Under the pieces are notes generated by a model. It was given only the letters and a program-made list of their open reading frames with translations, had not been told where the DNA came from and ran no database searches. From positions 19,379 to 83,378 of the forward strand of contig JAXLZV010000002.1 of assembly GCA_046350755.1 (NCBI GenBank): DNA of 64,000 nucleotides, in the 5' to 3' direction. Both the position numbers and the translations under genes were made by a program. Origin of the DNA: Candidatus Saccharimonadota bacterium. GTDB lineage: Bacteria > Patescibacteriota > Saccharimonadia > CAILAD01 > GCA-016700035. Shown here piece after piece: positions 31,950 through 46,000 of the stretch. Numbering within the stretch: the stretch's first letter is position 1; the number at the start of each line of letters is the position of its first letter.

Positions 31950-32813
31950 TTAGCGAGACCGTGGTCGCTTAGGCTGCTTTTTGGCTTTTTTCAGCCACTT
32001 TTGCTGCCGCTTTTCAGTTTCACTTGGTAATTTGACGCGTAATTTGCCTTCAACCAACAAAACATAGCCAATCGCTGCCTTCCAGAAAAAGAAGATCGCT
32101 AAGACTACAACCACACCGACCCAATCACCAGCCCAGCCGATCTGTTCACGCTGTGAGATCACAGCTGCAAACAATAAGGCGGCAGTCACCAAGTTACATA
32201 TCAGCACTTGGCGCACAAATGGTGCGTAACGAGTGAAGAGATTGACTCGCTTACCACGAGATATCAGATAGGAAACACCGCCAAAGACGATCAGAAAGAC
32301 AGCTAAGCCAATCTCAATATACTGAGCTGTTGTCGAAGGGGTCTGCTGCAGCCAGGGCATATAGTCGTAGAGCTGCGCGCTCAAAAACACACAGGCCATC
32401 ACCACACCAAGCACCGCTCCAATGACGACCTCGAGCGGTCGATGACCAAGGATCTCACGCAAATGCCCGTAGCGATGGGCGCCCTTGACCGCACCAGTGG
32501 TCTCTAGATCGCCGATCAGACGATTCAATACCTTGGCTTGCTCGCCAGCCGCTCGTCGGACTCCAAGACTATCGTACATAACGATAGCTGCAAATACCCC
32601 AGTAATGCCAAATAATGGGCTGGCTGGGCCACCCTCAATCAAGGCTACCATCGCGAGCGAGGACACTGTCGCCGAGTGCACGCTCGGCATACCACCAGAT
32701 GAAAATAGTAAACTTGGCTTATACTCACCTTTAAATATCGCGATGACAAATTTGATACATTGAGCCGTGGCCCAAGTGATTAACGGAACGTACAGATATT
32801 CAGAAATAGTCAT
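31950..32813 (-). CDS. Divergent-PAP2 (DUF212) family membrane protein with an additional C-terminal transmembrane region and a Lys-rich tail
   Basis: It contains the 'SGGMPSVHSATV' motif characteristic of the divergent PAP2 family. Confidence 0.6.
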   Translation of the reverse strand: MTISEYLYVPLITWATAQCIKFVIAIFKGEYKPSLLFSSGGMPSVHSATVSSLAMVALIEGGPASPLFGITGVFAAIVMYDSLGVRRAAGEQAKVLNRLIGDLETTGAVKGAHRYGHLREILGHRPLEVVIGAVLGVVMACVFLSAQLYDYMPWLQQTPSTTAQYIEIGLAVFLIVFGGVSYLISRGKRVNLFTRYAPFVRQVLICNLVTAALLFAAVISQREQIGWAGDWVGVVVVLAIFFFWKAAIGYVLLVEGKLRVKLPSETEKRQQKWLKKAKKQPKRPRSR

Positions 32814-32846
32814 AACCCCTCACATTGCTTTGGGCTCTATTGTACC

Positions 32847-33431
32847 CTATCTGGCCGTAATCTCGAACACTAAAGCGTATTGATAACCCGGTGTAGCTAA
32901 TGCGTGATGAAATTTCAAACCACAGCCAGCCATCAAGCGAATCGCTTGCTCACGACTAACCCGGCGATCAGCCTGGGGTCCCGCGGCTGTCAGCTCCTGC
33001 CAATCAAGCAAGACGACGTAACCGCCTGGTCGAACATACTGCGTCACGGCTATACAAAAGTGATCGGGATTCAGCGACGACGAGAGCACGTTTGTCAGCA
33101 GTACCCAATCAACACTCTTGTGGTCAAAAGCTCGGCCCAAAAGTACATCAGCCAGCAGGGTAGTCTCAAGTTGCGGATGATGGCCAAGATGTCCGACGCG
33201 CTCGAGCGCATCATCATTCGCACCTGCCACGATCACTTTACCCGGCTTACCGACGGCTTTGAGCGCGGCGGCAGCAAAAAAGCCTACCGGATTGCCGAGC
33301 TCGAGCACAGTTTGCCCTTCTTCCACGCCCAGGAGCGAAAAAACCGCGGTCGGCGAGACCAAGTGATGACTCAAGCGAGTCCGCACCCGACGCGGTAATT
33401 TCTTCAAACTATGAACTGTGCGATGAATCAT
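32847..33431 (-). CDS. Class I SAM-dependent methyltransferase
   Basis: Motif I-like 'VLELGNPVGFFAAAAL' and an acidic motif II 'VIVAGANDDALE'. The size is 194 aa. Confidence 0.5.
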   Translation of the reverse strand: MIHRTVHSLKKLPRRVRTRLSHHLVSPTAVFSLLGVEEGQTVLELGNPVGFFAAAALKAVGKPGKVIVAGANDDALERVGHLGHHPQLETTLLADVLLGRAFDHKSVDWVLLTNVLSSSLNPDHFCIAVTQYVRPGGYVVLLDWQELTAAGPQADRRVSREQAIRLMAGCGLKFHHALATPGYQYALVFEITAR

Positions 33432-33520
33432 GCCAGCTCCTTTGATAACTCTTACGCTTCTATCGTACCGCTTTTGAAGAAGTCTGGCCAGATAGACTAA
33501 GAAGCTGGGTGGGTGGAAAG

Positions 33521-36064
33521 CTACTCGGCAGCTTTGACGCTAGGCTCGGTAGCTTCTCCGTCGACTATTTCAGCCAGATTATCGATCATAGCCAGCGAGG
33601 CTACAAAATCACCATCTTTCAACTTCATGATCCGCACACCTTGAGTGGCGCGACCAATAATGGAGATGTCCTTTAAGCGTAAGCGAATGACTTGACCCTG
33701 CTTGGAAATAATCAGTAGGTCATCTTCAAGAGAATGAACGACGCGCGAATCGACCACTTCGCCGGTCTTGGCCGTTACGACGCCAGCCTTGATGCCCACG
33801 CCACCGCGCGCGTGCTTAGTAAACTGAGCTGTCTTAGTGAGCTTTCCATAGCCGTTCGCACAGACTACCAGCATCAAGCCTTCTTCTTTGCCTAGCACGT
33901 CAACACCAACTACCTGATCTCCCGGTCGCAAGCGCACACCCCGCACCCCTCGGGTCGCTCGACCCATTGGTCGAGCTGCTTCTTGGCCAAAGCGCAGAGC
34001 CTGAGCCTTAGCGGTCGACAAAATGATATCGTCGCCATCCTGGGCCTTCTTGACCCATTTGAGCTCGTCACCAGCATCTAGCTTAATGGCGATAATCCCA
34101 CTCACCCGAATGTTTGCAAAGTCAGCTAGTTTGCTCTTTTTGATCGTACCGTTGCGGGTCGCCATAAACAAATAGGGAGCCGCCTCATTCTTGGTGAGCG
34201 TCAAAATGCTCGAGACCTTCTCACCAGGAGCGAGATTGAGGATATTTACCACCGATACTCCTTTAGCCGTTCGGCCAGCCGCTGGTATTTCATAGACCTT
34301 CACGCGAAATGCTCGACCCTTGGAGGTAAAGAACAGAATCCAATCGTGGTTTTGGGCTTTCAGCAGATGCTCGACTACGTCTTCTTCCTTCGTCGCCATA
34401 CCAATGATGCCCTTACCGCCACGCCCCTGGCTCTTGTAGGTATCGGCCGGCATGCGTTTTACGTAGCCGCCATGCGTCAAGGAAATGATCACGTCTTCGT
34501 TCGGTACCAAGTCCTCTTCGCTGAAGTTACCTAGTGCCTTTTTCTCGATACGCGTGCGACGCTTGTCGCCGTATTTATCTTTCATCTCGATCAACTCTTC
34601 ACGAATAACTTTCAGGATATTCGCCGTCGAGCTGAGGATTTCTGTTAATGCCTTGATAAGCTTTTGCAGCTCATCGTACTCATCCTGAATCTTCTTGCGC
34701 TCGAGTCCTGCCAATGTACGCAGCTGCATAGCCAGAATGGCGTTGGCCTGCAATTCCGATAGCTTAAATTTCGACATCAAGTTGACACGAGCTTCGTCCT
34801 GAGTTTGACTGGCGCGAATGGTTGAAATCACGGCGTCGATCTCGTCGAGTGCGATCAGCAGACCTTCGAGTATGTGGGCGCGGTCTTGGGCTTTTTTGAG
34901 TTCAAATTCGGTCCGGCGACGCACCACGACCTGACGATGTTCGAGATAATAACGCAACACCATCTCAAGCGTTAGGACGCGTGGCTGGATACCATCAACG
35001 AGTGCCAGCATATTGACATGAAAAGCCGTCTGCATCGGTGTATGCTTATACAGCTGATTCAGAATCTTCTGTGGATAGGTGTCTTTTTTGAGCTCAATGA
35101 CAATCCGCATACCGCCACGATCCGAGCTTTCATCGCGAATATCGGAAATACCAACCACTTTCTTGTCCCGAACGAGATCGGCAATCTTTTCAACCAATGT
35201 CGATTTTACTACTTGATAGGGGATTTCCGTCACAATGATCGACTGCCGGCCTTTCTTTGACTCAACTATTTCGGCGACCGCTCGCATCGTGATACTACCT
35301 TTACCGGTTCCATAGGCCGAGGCGATGCCACCATCATCATAGATAGTTGCTCCAGTTGGAAAATCAGGACCCTTCACAATCTGAATCAGATCTTGAATCG
35401 TCGCTTCGGGATTATCAATAATATGCACCAGTGCATCAATCAGTTCAGATAGATTGTGGGTCGGGATATTGGTGGCCATACCGACAGCAATCCCCTGCAC
35501 ACCATTGAGTAACAGATTCGGTAATTTCGCTGGCAAAACCCGGGGCTCTTTTTGCGAGCCATCGTAGTTTGGCATAAAATCTACCGTATTCTTGTCGATA
35601 TCAGCCAGCATCTCTTCAGCGATCTTGGTCATACGGGCTTCGGTGTATCGATAGGCGGCGGCTGAGTCGCCATCGACCGAACCAAAGTTACCCTGTCCAT
35701 CGACCATCGGATAACGCAATGAAAAGTCCTGCGCCATGCGGACCATCGCGTCGTACACTGAGGAGTCACCGTGCGGGTGGTATTTACCAAGCACTTCACC
35801 GACGATGTTAGCAGATTTGCGATATTTCGTAGTAGACCGCAAGCCAATCGTATGCATGGCGTAGAGAATGCGGCGATGAACCGGCTTTAAACCATCTCGT
35901 ACGTCTGGCAAGGCTCGCGAAACAATGACCGACATGGCGTACTCAAGGTAGCTTTTCTCCATCTCGCCTTCGATCGGCTGAAACTTGACGCGACCGATGC
36001 CAGATTTAATCAAAGCTTCGTTGGCTTGTTCTTCGGGAGTAAGTTCGGGGGTGTCGGCCATCAT
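33521..36064 (-). CDS. gyrA: DNA gyrase subunit A
   Basis: '[29 protein letters not shown]' is the hallmark GyrA N-terminal segment (it includes the active-site Tyr region). The length is 847 aa, and C-terminal beta-pinwheel repeats are present. Confidence 0.95.
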   Translation of the reverse strand: MMADTPELTPEEQANEALIKSGIGRVKFQPIEGEMEKSYLEYAMSVIVSRALPDVRDGLKPVHRRILYAMHTIGLRSTTKYRKSANIVGEVLGKYHPHGDSSVYDAMVRMAQDFSLRYPMVDGQGNFGSVDGDSAAAYRYTEARMTKIAEEMLADIDKNTVDFMPNYDGSQKEPRVLPAKLPNLLLNGVQGIAVGMATNIPTHNLSELIDALVHIIDNPEATIQDLIQIVKGPDFPTGATIYDDGGIASAYGTGKGSITMRAVAEIVESKKGRQSIIVTEIPYQVVKSTLVEKIADLVRDKKVVGISDIRDESSDRGGMRIVIELKKDTYPQKILNQLYKHTPMQTAFHVNMLALVDGIQPRVLTLEMVLRYYLEHRQVVVRRRTEFELKKAQDRAHILEGLLIALDEIDAVISTIRASQTQDEARVNLMSKFKLSELQANAILAMQLRTLAGLERKKIQDEYDELQKLIKALTEILSSTANILKVIREELIEMKDKYGDKRRTRIEKKALGNFSEEDLVPNEDVIISLTHGGYVKRMPADTYKSQGRGGKGIIGMATKEEDVVEHLLKAQNHDWILFFTSKGRAFRVKVYEIPAAGRTAKGVSVVNILNLAPGEKVSSILTLTKNEAAPYLFMATRNGTIKKSKLADFANIRVSGIIAIKLDAGDELKWVKKAQDGDDIILSTAKAQALRFGQEAARPMGRATRGVRGVRLRPGDQVVGVDVLGKEEGLMLVVCANGYGKLTKTAQFTKHARGGVGIKAGVVTAKTGEVVDSRVVHSLEDDLLIISKQGQVIRLRLKDISIIGRATQGVRIMKLKDGDFVASLAMIDNLAEIVDGEATEPSVKAAE

Positions 36065-36073
36065 ATACCTTTC

Positions 36074-38209
<2,136 letters not shown>

Positions 38210-38229
38210 TCAATTGCTTCATTACACTC

Positions 38230-38259
38230 ATTATATCTGATTTTCAGGTCACGGGGCAA
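38230..38259 (-). promoter_or_regulatory. Candidate gyrBA promoter (TTGCCC-18 nt-TATAAT)
   Basis: A perfect -10 TATAAT (38230-38235) on the minus strand and a weak -35 (38254-38259), ~45 nt upstream of the gyrB start. Confidence 0.35.
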
Positions 38260-38265
38260 GTCTTA

Positions 38266-41200
38266 CTAGTCGCGACGAATGCGTACGTAAACGAGGTTTG
38301 ATCCATCCTTAGCTGAAACTGAATTACCTAAGATGGTGCCGTCTGTCGGGGTGGTTGTCGATTGAGCCGCACCGGCAGTCGCCGACGTAACGACCGGATC
38401 ACCGATATTCGTTGGCGTAGCATTAGCCCCAAAATTCACCTGGACGATACCGCCGATCGCTGTGGTACAAGTCGTTGAGTTTGGCTTGGTGACCACTACT
38501 CCAGCGACGCGATTTGAGTTGGCGGTCGCCGTCCGAGCAACTGTATCGGCCCCGTTGAATTCGACGATATCATTAGCCGCCTCGGTGGAAGTACAGACAA
38601 AATCCCGCAAAATAGCCGTCCGCGATATCGAAGTCTGAGGCCAGCGGATATTAAAGCCCGACGAACTTGAGCCGAGCGTAATGACGGCGGCCGTCGTATC
38701 GATATTAAACATGCTCGTCCCGGCAGTATTCTGGACCAGTAGCGCTGCTGCTGAGTTGGTTTGATTTTTGAAAGTCGTCGCGCCTCCATCAGCGATCGTC
38801 ATGACGTTATCATTGGCGACCGATGTATCGGTGACCTGCATGAGATTTTGACCAACGGTAGCACCACGCACATCGAGCTTTGCGTTCGTCGTGTTATAGG
38901 TCCCCCCTGTATTCACCCCCATACGGCCGTTAAAATACAAGTCAAAATTCACGACCCGCGTGCCGCTACTATCATCAACGACTACCGATCGATCTGACCA
39001 GTTGTCATTGGTTCGGATTACTGTGTCGCCATCGACGGAAATTTTATCAAGCACACTCAAACCAGCGGCGAATTGAGCCTGTCCACTGGCCTGCAGATTA
39101 CCCTTAACCGTTATATTTCCAGCTAGGAGCGAACCACCCGAGCTGGCCCCATTGAGAGTCACGTCACCGTTTGGATTTTCACTGGCCATTGTGCCGCCCG
39201 TACCGGCACCAATTAAATCCAGATTGCCATTGAGTCGAGCCTTCGCCAGCTCGGCATAATATACAGAGTTTATTGTCGCATTTGCACTATTGATACCCCC
39301 AAGCCAGTACAATCGCCCATTCGCGATAAATCCACCACCATTTGTTGCTGCCACCGGCATGGTAGTCACCGAAGTGGTCCAGCTACCCAAGGTACCATCA
39401 GGGTTGAGCTTGGCATAGATAATCGAATTGAGCGTGTTTGTGCCATCATTCCCGCCCCAGACATAGAGGTAACCATTAGCCACCCCACTGGCGTGGTATT
39501 TACGTCCGGCGGGCAAAGCAGTAGTCGTACTCCAGGCGCCAGCCCCACCCGTACCATTGATCTTGGCATAATAGACAGTGGTCTGAACTGATGTGCCACC
39601 CTGGCCGCTATAGCCGCCAATGACGTAGATATAACCATTCGTGATAAGCGACGAATGACCAGCCCGACCGGCTGGCAAAGCCGAGGCGCCATTATTGAAT
39701 GCCCACGAACCACCCGCATTATTCCCCTGCCACAGATTTGGCTTGGCCGTATACTGATTCACATATGTCATCGGAAACCCAGATATCGTATCGGTAACGC
39801 CACCGGTGTAATAGAGATTTCCATTATCATCCGTCGCCATGGCTCCTTCGGTAGCTTGCCCACTCGACATCGAAACATTGGCTGTATAGGCAGTCAGGCT
39901 GCCATCGGCTTTCATGCGTACAAATTCCGAGCCATTATGCATATTGGTAGGGCCATTTGAAGCTGGCCCCGTACCATTAAAGCGAAAGCCACCAACCGAG
40001 ATAAACCCACCCTGCACATAGGCTAGCCCCATGTAGGCTCGGGTGCTCCAGGAGCCACCATCAAGAATATTTCCAATCGCCGTCCAGCTCCCGACCGACC
40101 CGTCAGCGTTGACGGTAGCACGAGCGATTTCACTTTCCAGCGTAAACACAGTCTTCGATGCTTGCTGCGTACCACCAAAACGGTATATATAACCATTCAC
40201 ATAAGCATAACTAGCATCACGCAACGACTTATTCATATTGGTGGCGTTCGTGTACCAGCCGCGAATCTCACCCACGGCCGCCGCATTAAAGCTCAATTGT
40301 GGAGTAGCATTACTCGCGCTGGTTCCAGTCTGAACATTTAAGATGCTGGCTCCGCTGGTGTTGAGGATTCTCATCGCTGTCGTCGTGTTGACAGACGGCT
40401 GAATACGAACATCACCAGTATCGGCAACTGAAAACACTTCCGTGCCAGAATTCTGAATAACCAACGACTTGCCGGTACCAGTATTATCGATGACGAGCGG
40501 GTTCGACGCACCACTGGCCGTCACGCCAAGCCGAGCCCCTAAAGCACCGCCATTAATATCGACATTGCGATTCAGCGAATCGACATTGAGCAACGGTGAA
40601 GAAACAGGATCTCTAACCTGAAAAGCCGTGACCGAGTTCGTCGTTGGCGAAAAGAGCGTTGTGCCATCAGCCGCCACCTGCAATACCGTGCCAAGCGCAT
40701 TTTTAAGCTGCAAAAGATCACCCGTGCCAGCTTGGTTCACCACAACCTGCTCTCTCCCAAGATCATTTGTATCTGAGCGAACCATAAGCGCCGCCGTACC
40801 ACCAGTGTTTGAGCGCAAACCTTCATCAATCGTAGCCGCTTGGTTGAGCGTATCTAGCCGAAATATCGGCCGGCCAGCCGCTATGCCATTTGCGATAACT
40901 GTCAACCCAGTCGCACTGTTGGTCGTAGTGCGAGTCAGTATATTTCCGGTTGCCCCGACTGATAAGAGGGTCCTGGCGCTGGAGTCAACTACTTTCAGTA
41001 TATCGGCAGTTTGTCCGCTCCTTCCTGCCACCTTCGCGACCACCGCACTGGCACTCGAGTTCATAAGGGCAAAGTTGGCATTCGCCTGTAAACTCGTTGA
41101 ATTGATAATATAATCATTACTCAACGAAGCAGCCGAACAGCCAGTTATCGAGCAGACAGTCGCGCCACCTATCTTATAGGTCGAGCCACTGGCGATATTC

Positions 41201-43005
41201 ATGACATTACCGAGCGACAAATCTAGCGTATAGCTGGGATTCGACGACGTAAGTACATCGATGCCGACGCGGTTATTGAGCGTATCAACCTTAAAGATAT
41301 CGACCGCCGGACCAAAAAATCCGGGGTTATTATAAGCAACTACCAGCGCATTCGTAGCATTAGCAGGTTTCATCAATGTATCGCCTTGGATATTGACTAC
41401 ACCACTCGGATCCACCTGAAAAACCGCTACACCAGTCTCATCCTCGATCTGCAGCAAATTCGCTGTCTGGGCATTTACCGCCTGAACGTGCCCAACAACC
41501 GTTGAGAAACCAGCGGACTGCATCGCGATATTTGCCGCAGTCTGCATAACAATGCCATTCTGAATGTAGTTGGCGTTACCATCTTGGATCGCACAGGTCA
41601 GCGTGCCACAAATCTGGACGCCGGCGATCAGCAGACTTGAAGATGGCGGCTCCACGTTAATGTCGCCGTTGATGTCCAAGCGATAATTCTGCGGTATTGA
41701 AGCTGTCGGATAGCCAATCGCCACTTGCTCATTCACCGTATTGACATTGAATAGCGCGGTTGCGCCAGCACTATTTTGCACCTGCAAGGCGGCTACATCA
41801 TCACTACCTGGCTGAAAGAGATTAGTATTGGCATTTTCGAAAACCACATTCGCACTCAGCCGCCCATCATCCACTGTCCCAGTGGCCAGGCTGGAGGCAT
41901 TCAAACTCGTCAGATTCGAACCATTCAGTACCGGGAGATAGCCAAGGCCATTGAGCTGGACGAGTTGGGCAGCGCCATTGAAGATATTGCCTTGGACAGT
42001 GACATTCGCACTCAACCGAGCATCAGCTAGGGTACCCGAGGTTAAGGCACTGGCATTGAGGTTGGTGAGTAGTGAACCATTGACGGCTGGTAGAGCTCCT
42101 GAGCCATTGAGTTGGACGAGTTGGTTGGCGTTGTTGAAGGTATTGCCCTGAAGAGTGGCGATCGCCCCATCGAGATCGATGTTGACCGAGCTACCGGAAC
42201 CCCCACCGGTGAGACCAGAGCCAACGGTAATGGTGCCAATGCCCGAGCCACCACCAACTGAACTAATGGTGATGGCAGTACCGGAGGCTGAGACAGTCAC
42301 ATTAGTACCACCCACGATGTCGAGATTGCCACCGTTGTTGACGAGACCATTGATGGAGCTGACAACATTACCCTGGAGAGAGGAGAGGGAGATGGATTGA
42401 CCGAGCCGGGTGACATTGGCACTCAGACGAGCGTCATCGACGGTACCGGTCGTCAGGGCGCTAGCGTTGAGGTTAGTTAAGCGAGCACCGTTACCGACGA
42501 AGGCACCAGCACCGAGGGTGCCGGTGATGTTGGCATTGCCAGCTTGCGGTGAACCGGGGAAGGTGGACTGGAGAGTGATCTTGTTGGTGAGGGTGGCGGC
42601 GAGGTTGTCCACGCCCTGACTGGAAAGCGCCAGATTACCACCGACTACAAAGTCACCATTAACGGCGAGTTGGGAGGTTTGATTCAGTGGCGTCGTGCTA
42701 TTACTAACGGTCTGCGTCTGCGTCCCATCAGGTGCTTTTTGGATGCCAAAAAAGTCGGCTGGCTGCCGCACGAAACGACTGGCATAGAATCGATTGATCG
42801 CCAGACCAATGCCAGCTGCCATAACTACCGCCAGACCAATGACCGGTAACGTATATGCCAGTCGCCGACGCTTCGATATTTTCTTATGATGTCGCCGACG
42901 CTTGACCTCCCCCTCCAGGGCGGCGAGTGAACCAGCTGATGAGAAAGAGCCGCTATCGGCCTCAGCGTTTAAGCTCGGTGATGTTGACTGTGGATCGCGC
43001 TCCAT
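38266..43005 (-). CDS. Giant (1579 aa) cell-surface protein: short cytoplasmic N-terminus, one transmembrane helix, three ~40-aa tail-fibre-like repeats (...LTNLNASALT[ST]GT[VL][AD]DARLSANVT...), long Ser/Thr/Asn/Gly-rich beta-rich segments, a Kelch-type beta-propeller (NGYIYVIGG, NGYLYVWGG, NGRLYWLGG) and a conserved C-terminal domain
   Basis: Features were read from the translation. It is a tandem paralog of 43010..47518 and shares a ~710 bp identical block with it. Confidence 0.7.
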   Translation of the reverse strand: MERDPQSTSPSLNAEADSGSFSSAGSLAALEGEVKRRRHHKKISKRRRLAYTLPVIGLAVVMAAGIGLAINRFYASRFVRQPADFFGIQKAPDGTQTQTVSNSTTPLNQTSQLAVNGDFVVGGNLALSSQGVDNLAATLTNKITLQSTFPGSPQAGNANITGTLGAGAFVGNGARLTNLNASALTTGTVDDARLSANVTRLGQSISLSSLQGNVVSSINGLVNNGGNLDIVGGTNVTVSASGTAITISSVGGGSGIGTITVGSGLTGGGSGSSVNIDLDGAIATLQGNTFNNANQLVQLNGSGALPAVNGSLLTNLNASALTSGTLADARLSANVTVQGNIFNGAAQLVQLNGLGYLPVLNGSNLTSLNASSLATGTVDDGRLSANVVFENANTNLFQPGSDDVAALQVQNSAGATALFNVNTVNEQVAIGYPTASIPQNYRLDINGDINVEPPSSSLLIAGVQICGTLTCAIQDGNANYIQNGIVMQTAANIAMQSAGFSTVVGHVQAVNAQTANLLQIEDETGVAVFQVDPSGVVNIQGDTLMKPANATNALVVAYNNPGFFGPAVDIFKVDTLNNRVGIDVLTSSNPSYTLDLSLGNVMNIASGSTYKIGGATVCSITGCSAASLSNDYIINSTSLQANANFALMNSSASAVVAKVAGRSGQTADILKVVDSSARTLLSVGATGNILTRTTTNSATGLTVIANGIAAGRPIFRLDTLNQAATIDEGLRSNTGGTAALMVRSDTNDLGREQVVVNQAGTGDLLQLKNALGTVLQVAADGTTLFSPTTNSVTAFQVRDPVSSPLLNVDSLNRNVDINGGALGARLGVTASGASNPLVIDNTGTGKSLVIQNSGTEVFSVADTGDVRIQPSVNTTTAMRILNTSGASILNVQTGTSASNATPQLSFNAAAVGEIRGWYTNATNMNKSLRDASYAYVNGYIYRFGGTQQASKTVFTLESEIARATVNADGSVGSWTAIGNILDGGSWSTRAYMGLAYVQGGFISVGGFRFNGTGPASNGPTNMHNGSEFVRMKADGSLTAYTANVSMSSGQATEGAMATDDNGNLYYTGGVTDTISGFPMTYVNQYTAKPNLWQGNNAGGSWAFNNGASALPAGRAGHSSLITNGYIYVIGGYSGQGGTSVQTTVYYAKINGTGGAGAWSTTTALPAGRKYHASGVANGYLYVWGGNDGTNTLNSIIYAKLNPDGTLGSWTTSVTTMPVAATNGGGFIANGRLYWLGGINSANATINSVYYAELAKARLNGNLDLIGAGTGGTMASENPNGDVTLNGASSGGSLLAGNITVKGNLQASGQAQFAAGLSVLDKISVDGDTVIRTNDNWSDRSVVVDDSSGTRVVNFDLYFNGRMGVNTGGTYNTTNAKLDVRGATVGQNLMQVTDTSVANDNVMTIADGGATTFKNQTNSAAALLVQNTAGTSMFNIDTTAAVITLGSSSSGFNIRWPQTSISRTAILRDFVCTSTEAANDIVEFNGADTVARTATANSNRVAGVVVTKPNSTTCTTAIGGIVQVNFGANATPTNIGDPVVTSATAGAAQSTTTPTDGTILGNSVSAKDGSNLVYVRIRRD
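41897..42607. repeat. ~710 bp block identical or nearly identical to 46419..47129. It encodes residues ~130-370, the tail-fibre-like repeat region, of both giant proteins.
   Basis: Identical plus-strand ORF translations at 41951/46473, 42155/46677 and 42410/46932, and direct comparison of the nucleotide rows. Confidence 0.85.
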
Positions 43006-43009
43006 CCCC

Positions 43010-46000
43010 CTACCTCAACCTAATCCACACCAGATTTGAGCCATCTTTCGTCGACAGTGAGTTGCCGAGCATGGCGCCGGTAGTCGGCGTCGTCGTCGAT
43101 TGAGCCGCTCCACTGACAGTTGAAGTCACCACCGGATCCCCAATCGTTGCCGGCGCACCGTTACTCGAGAACCATACGGCCACCACGCCGGCGATCGCCG
43201 TGGTACAGGTCGTTGTACCTGGCTTGTTCGTCACCACGCCAGCTACCCGATTGGAGTTAGCTGTCGTAGTACGCGCCACGGTGTTGGCCGCACTAAAGAC
43301 GACAATATCATTGACCGCTTCGGATACGGTACAAGTGAAGTCGCGGGTAATTGCATTCTGGACCTGGCCAACTCCAGCAAACTTGATATCAGTAGCAAAT
43401 GCCGAAGTACCCAGCACGACTCTTGAAGCCGAGGTATCAACGGTAAACAGACTGTTGCCAGCGGCATTTTGCACCGCAAAAGCAGCTCCAGAGTTGGTTT
43501 GATTACGAAATGTCGTTGCACCACCATCGGCAATCGTCAATACATTTTGGGCAGTCGCAGTCGAATCAGTAATTTGCAAGATATTCACGCCAGCCAGATT
43601 CGAAACCACCGTTAATACAGCAGTTTGAGTAGCCGTTCCAATAGAAACCGCCTTATTCGCCGCATCGACATTAAAGACCGTAGCGCCACTTGAGTCCTGA
43701 ACTTGCAACGTATTCGTACTGCTAGCACTCGTCGCCCGGAACGCAGCATCACCCTGCACCTGGAAGAGATTGCGCACCACTGCACCTCCGGCTAACTGCG
43801 CATTACCCGAGACCTGTAAGCGCCCGGCAGCAGAAACATTCCCCGCGTTCACCGACCCACCACTATCGCCCGCACCAGCCACCATCGTGCCGTTTGAAAT
43901 CCCAATCAGATCGAGTGTGCCGCCGAGCTGCGTTCGAGCACCGGTCATCGTCGTGATCGTGTTTGAATAAATGCCATTTTTCAGGCCGAATACAAAGTTC
44001 GCATAGCCGTTGTAAACCACAACCGGTGTTCTCCCTAATGCTTGCGTAAGCGCCGGTGCCGATGTATTCCAGCTGGTGATCGTGCCACTAGCAGAAAGCT
44101 GAGCGTAGTAGATATCAACCGATGAACCACCTGCGAAATAGATATAGCCGTTCAGCACAAAGGCGCTACCCTGTGACCGGGCAACCGGCAAACTGGTAGT
44201 AGTCACTCCAGCGCCAAGCGTGCCATCAGTATTGGTCGCAAAAGTATAGACTGACGACTGAGGGGTACCGCCACCGTCTTGACCACCCATCACAACGAGA
44301 TAGCCATCAACCACGACCGTCTGGGGGTATAAACGGGCAACTGATCCCGGTAAAGTCGCGGCAGTTACGAATGAACCGAGTGAGCCATCGGCGTTGATCT
44401 TCGCTCCGTAGATCAGATTATGGTTCGCACCACCACCAGTCGCTATATAGAGATAACCGTTGGCTACGACCATATTGCCCGAGGGATGAATATCGTTATT
44501 TGGAATGGTCGCTGACGCCGTGGTCCAGCTAGTAATACTGCCATCATTATTAGGGCGGGTGTAATAGACCGCGCTGGTATTATATTGCGCTACGTAAATC
44601 CGGCCGTTATAGACGACCGCGCCAGCATTTTGGCTACCAGCTCCTGGCAGCACGGTTGTCGTGCTAAACGTGCCGGTCGTGCCATTACCATTCAGGACGG
44701 CGTATTGCACGGTGGTGCTATCAGCTGGCGCTGAGGTTTGGCCACCAATGTGATACAGATAACCATTCAGGGTGACCGCCGCCCCACCCGCGCGCGCTAA
44801 GGCCCCCGACGGCGAACTAGTTGTTTCGGTTGAGAGATCGCCGATAAGTGAGCCGTTAAAAATCAGACTTGGGGTGGAATTCGCCGCACCATTGCCCGTT
44901 GCTAACTGAAGAACTGAACCGCTAGCTGAATTAAAAACACCAAGCGCGGTCGACGAGTTAGCTGAATTTTGTATGCTCAGCTCTCCAGAGTCAAAAACTG
45001 CCAATACAGGTGCACCATTCTTTTGAATCACTAACGAGTCGCCGACGCCAGTGTTGTTGATCATCGCACCAACCGTACTACCACTCGTAGTCACACCAAG
45101 CTTCGCGGCTAACGTTCCGCCACCGAGATTAATGCGATTATTTGTCGAATCGACGTTCAAAATCGTATTTGATGCCGCGTCCTGGATGCGAAAAGCCGTC
45201 GTCGAACCACTTACAGCCTGAAAAGTAGCACTGCCTCCCGCACTAATTGCAACTACATCGATACCGCTCACATTATGCGTCAAGCGCATGAGATTACCTG
45301 TACTATTTGAGTTCACTTCAAAAGCCGTCTGCGTACCAGAAGCCTCGACGTTGAGCACACCACTAGTAGTTGTACCGTTATCCCCGAAAGTAGTACGACC
45401 ATTGACGGTATCGACCCGCAATGCTTCGGTCACTCCATCGCTCCGCAAAACTCGAAGGGCGGTTGTACTGTCGACAGACGGCTGGACTTTGAGATCGCCG
45501 GTAGCGGTCACCGTCAACAACCTCGTAAATCCAGGCTGATCGAGAACCTGGAAAATATCCGCAGTCTGCCCAGCAGTGCCGGCAATCGAAGCTGTAATAT
45601 TTGCTGCATCGGCCGATTGAATAGCAAAGTTCGCAGTTTGGAATGAGGTCCCATTCTGGATATAATTTCCGGATCCACCAGCCACCAAACAGCCGCTGGC
45701 GTCACAAATCGTGGTGCCACCAATCCGATAGGCTCCGCCGGATGCCAGATTGGTGTCGCCGTTAACGTCCAGATTGCCACCTGGCGTAGCGCCGGGAGCA
45801 TAACCAATCAAGACTGCGCCCGCTTGAGTATCAACACGTAGAGTGTTGATCGTGCCAGTTACGTTCTGTACGACCAGCGCTGTGGCTGAGTATTCCGGTC
45901 GTATCAGCGTATTCCCCTGAATCGTCGTGGCACCTGTCGGGCCAACACTAAACACCTCACCACCGAGTGAGTCATCAAGCTGTAGTAGATTTGCCGTTTG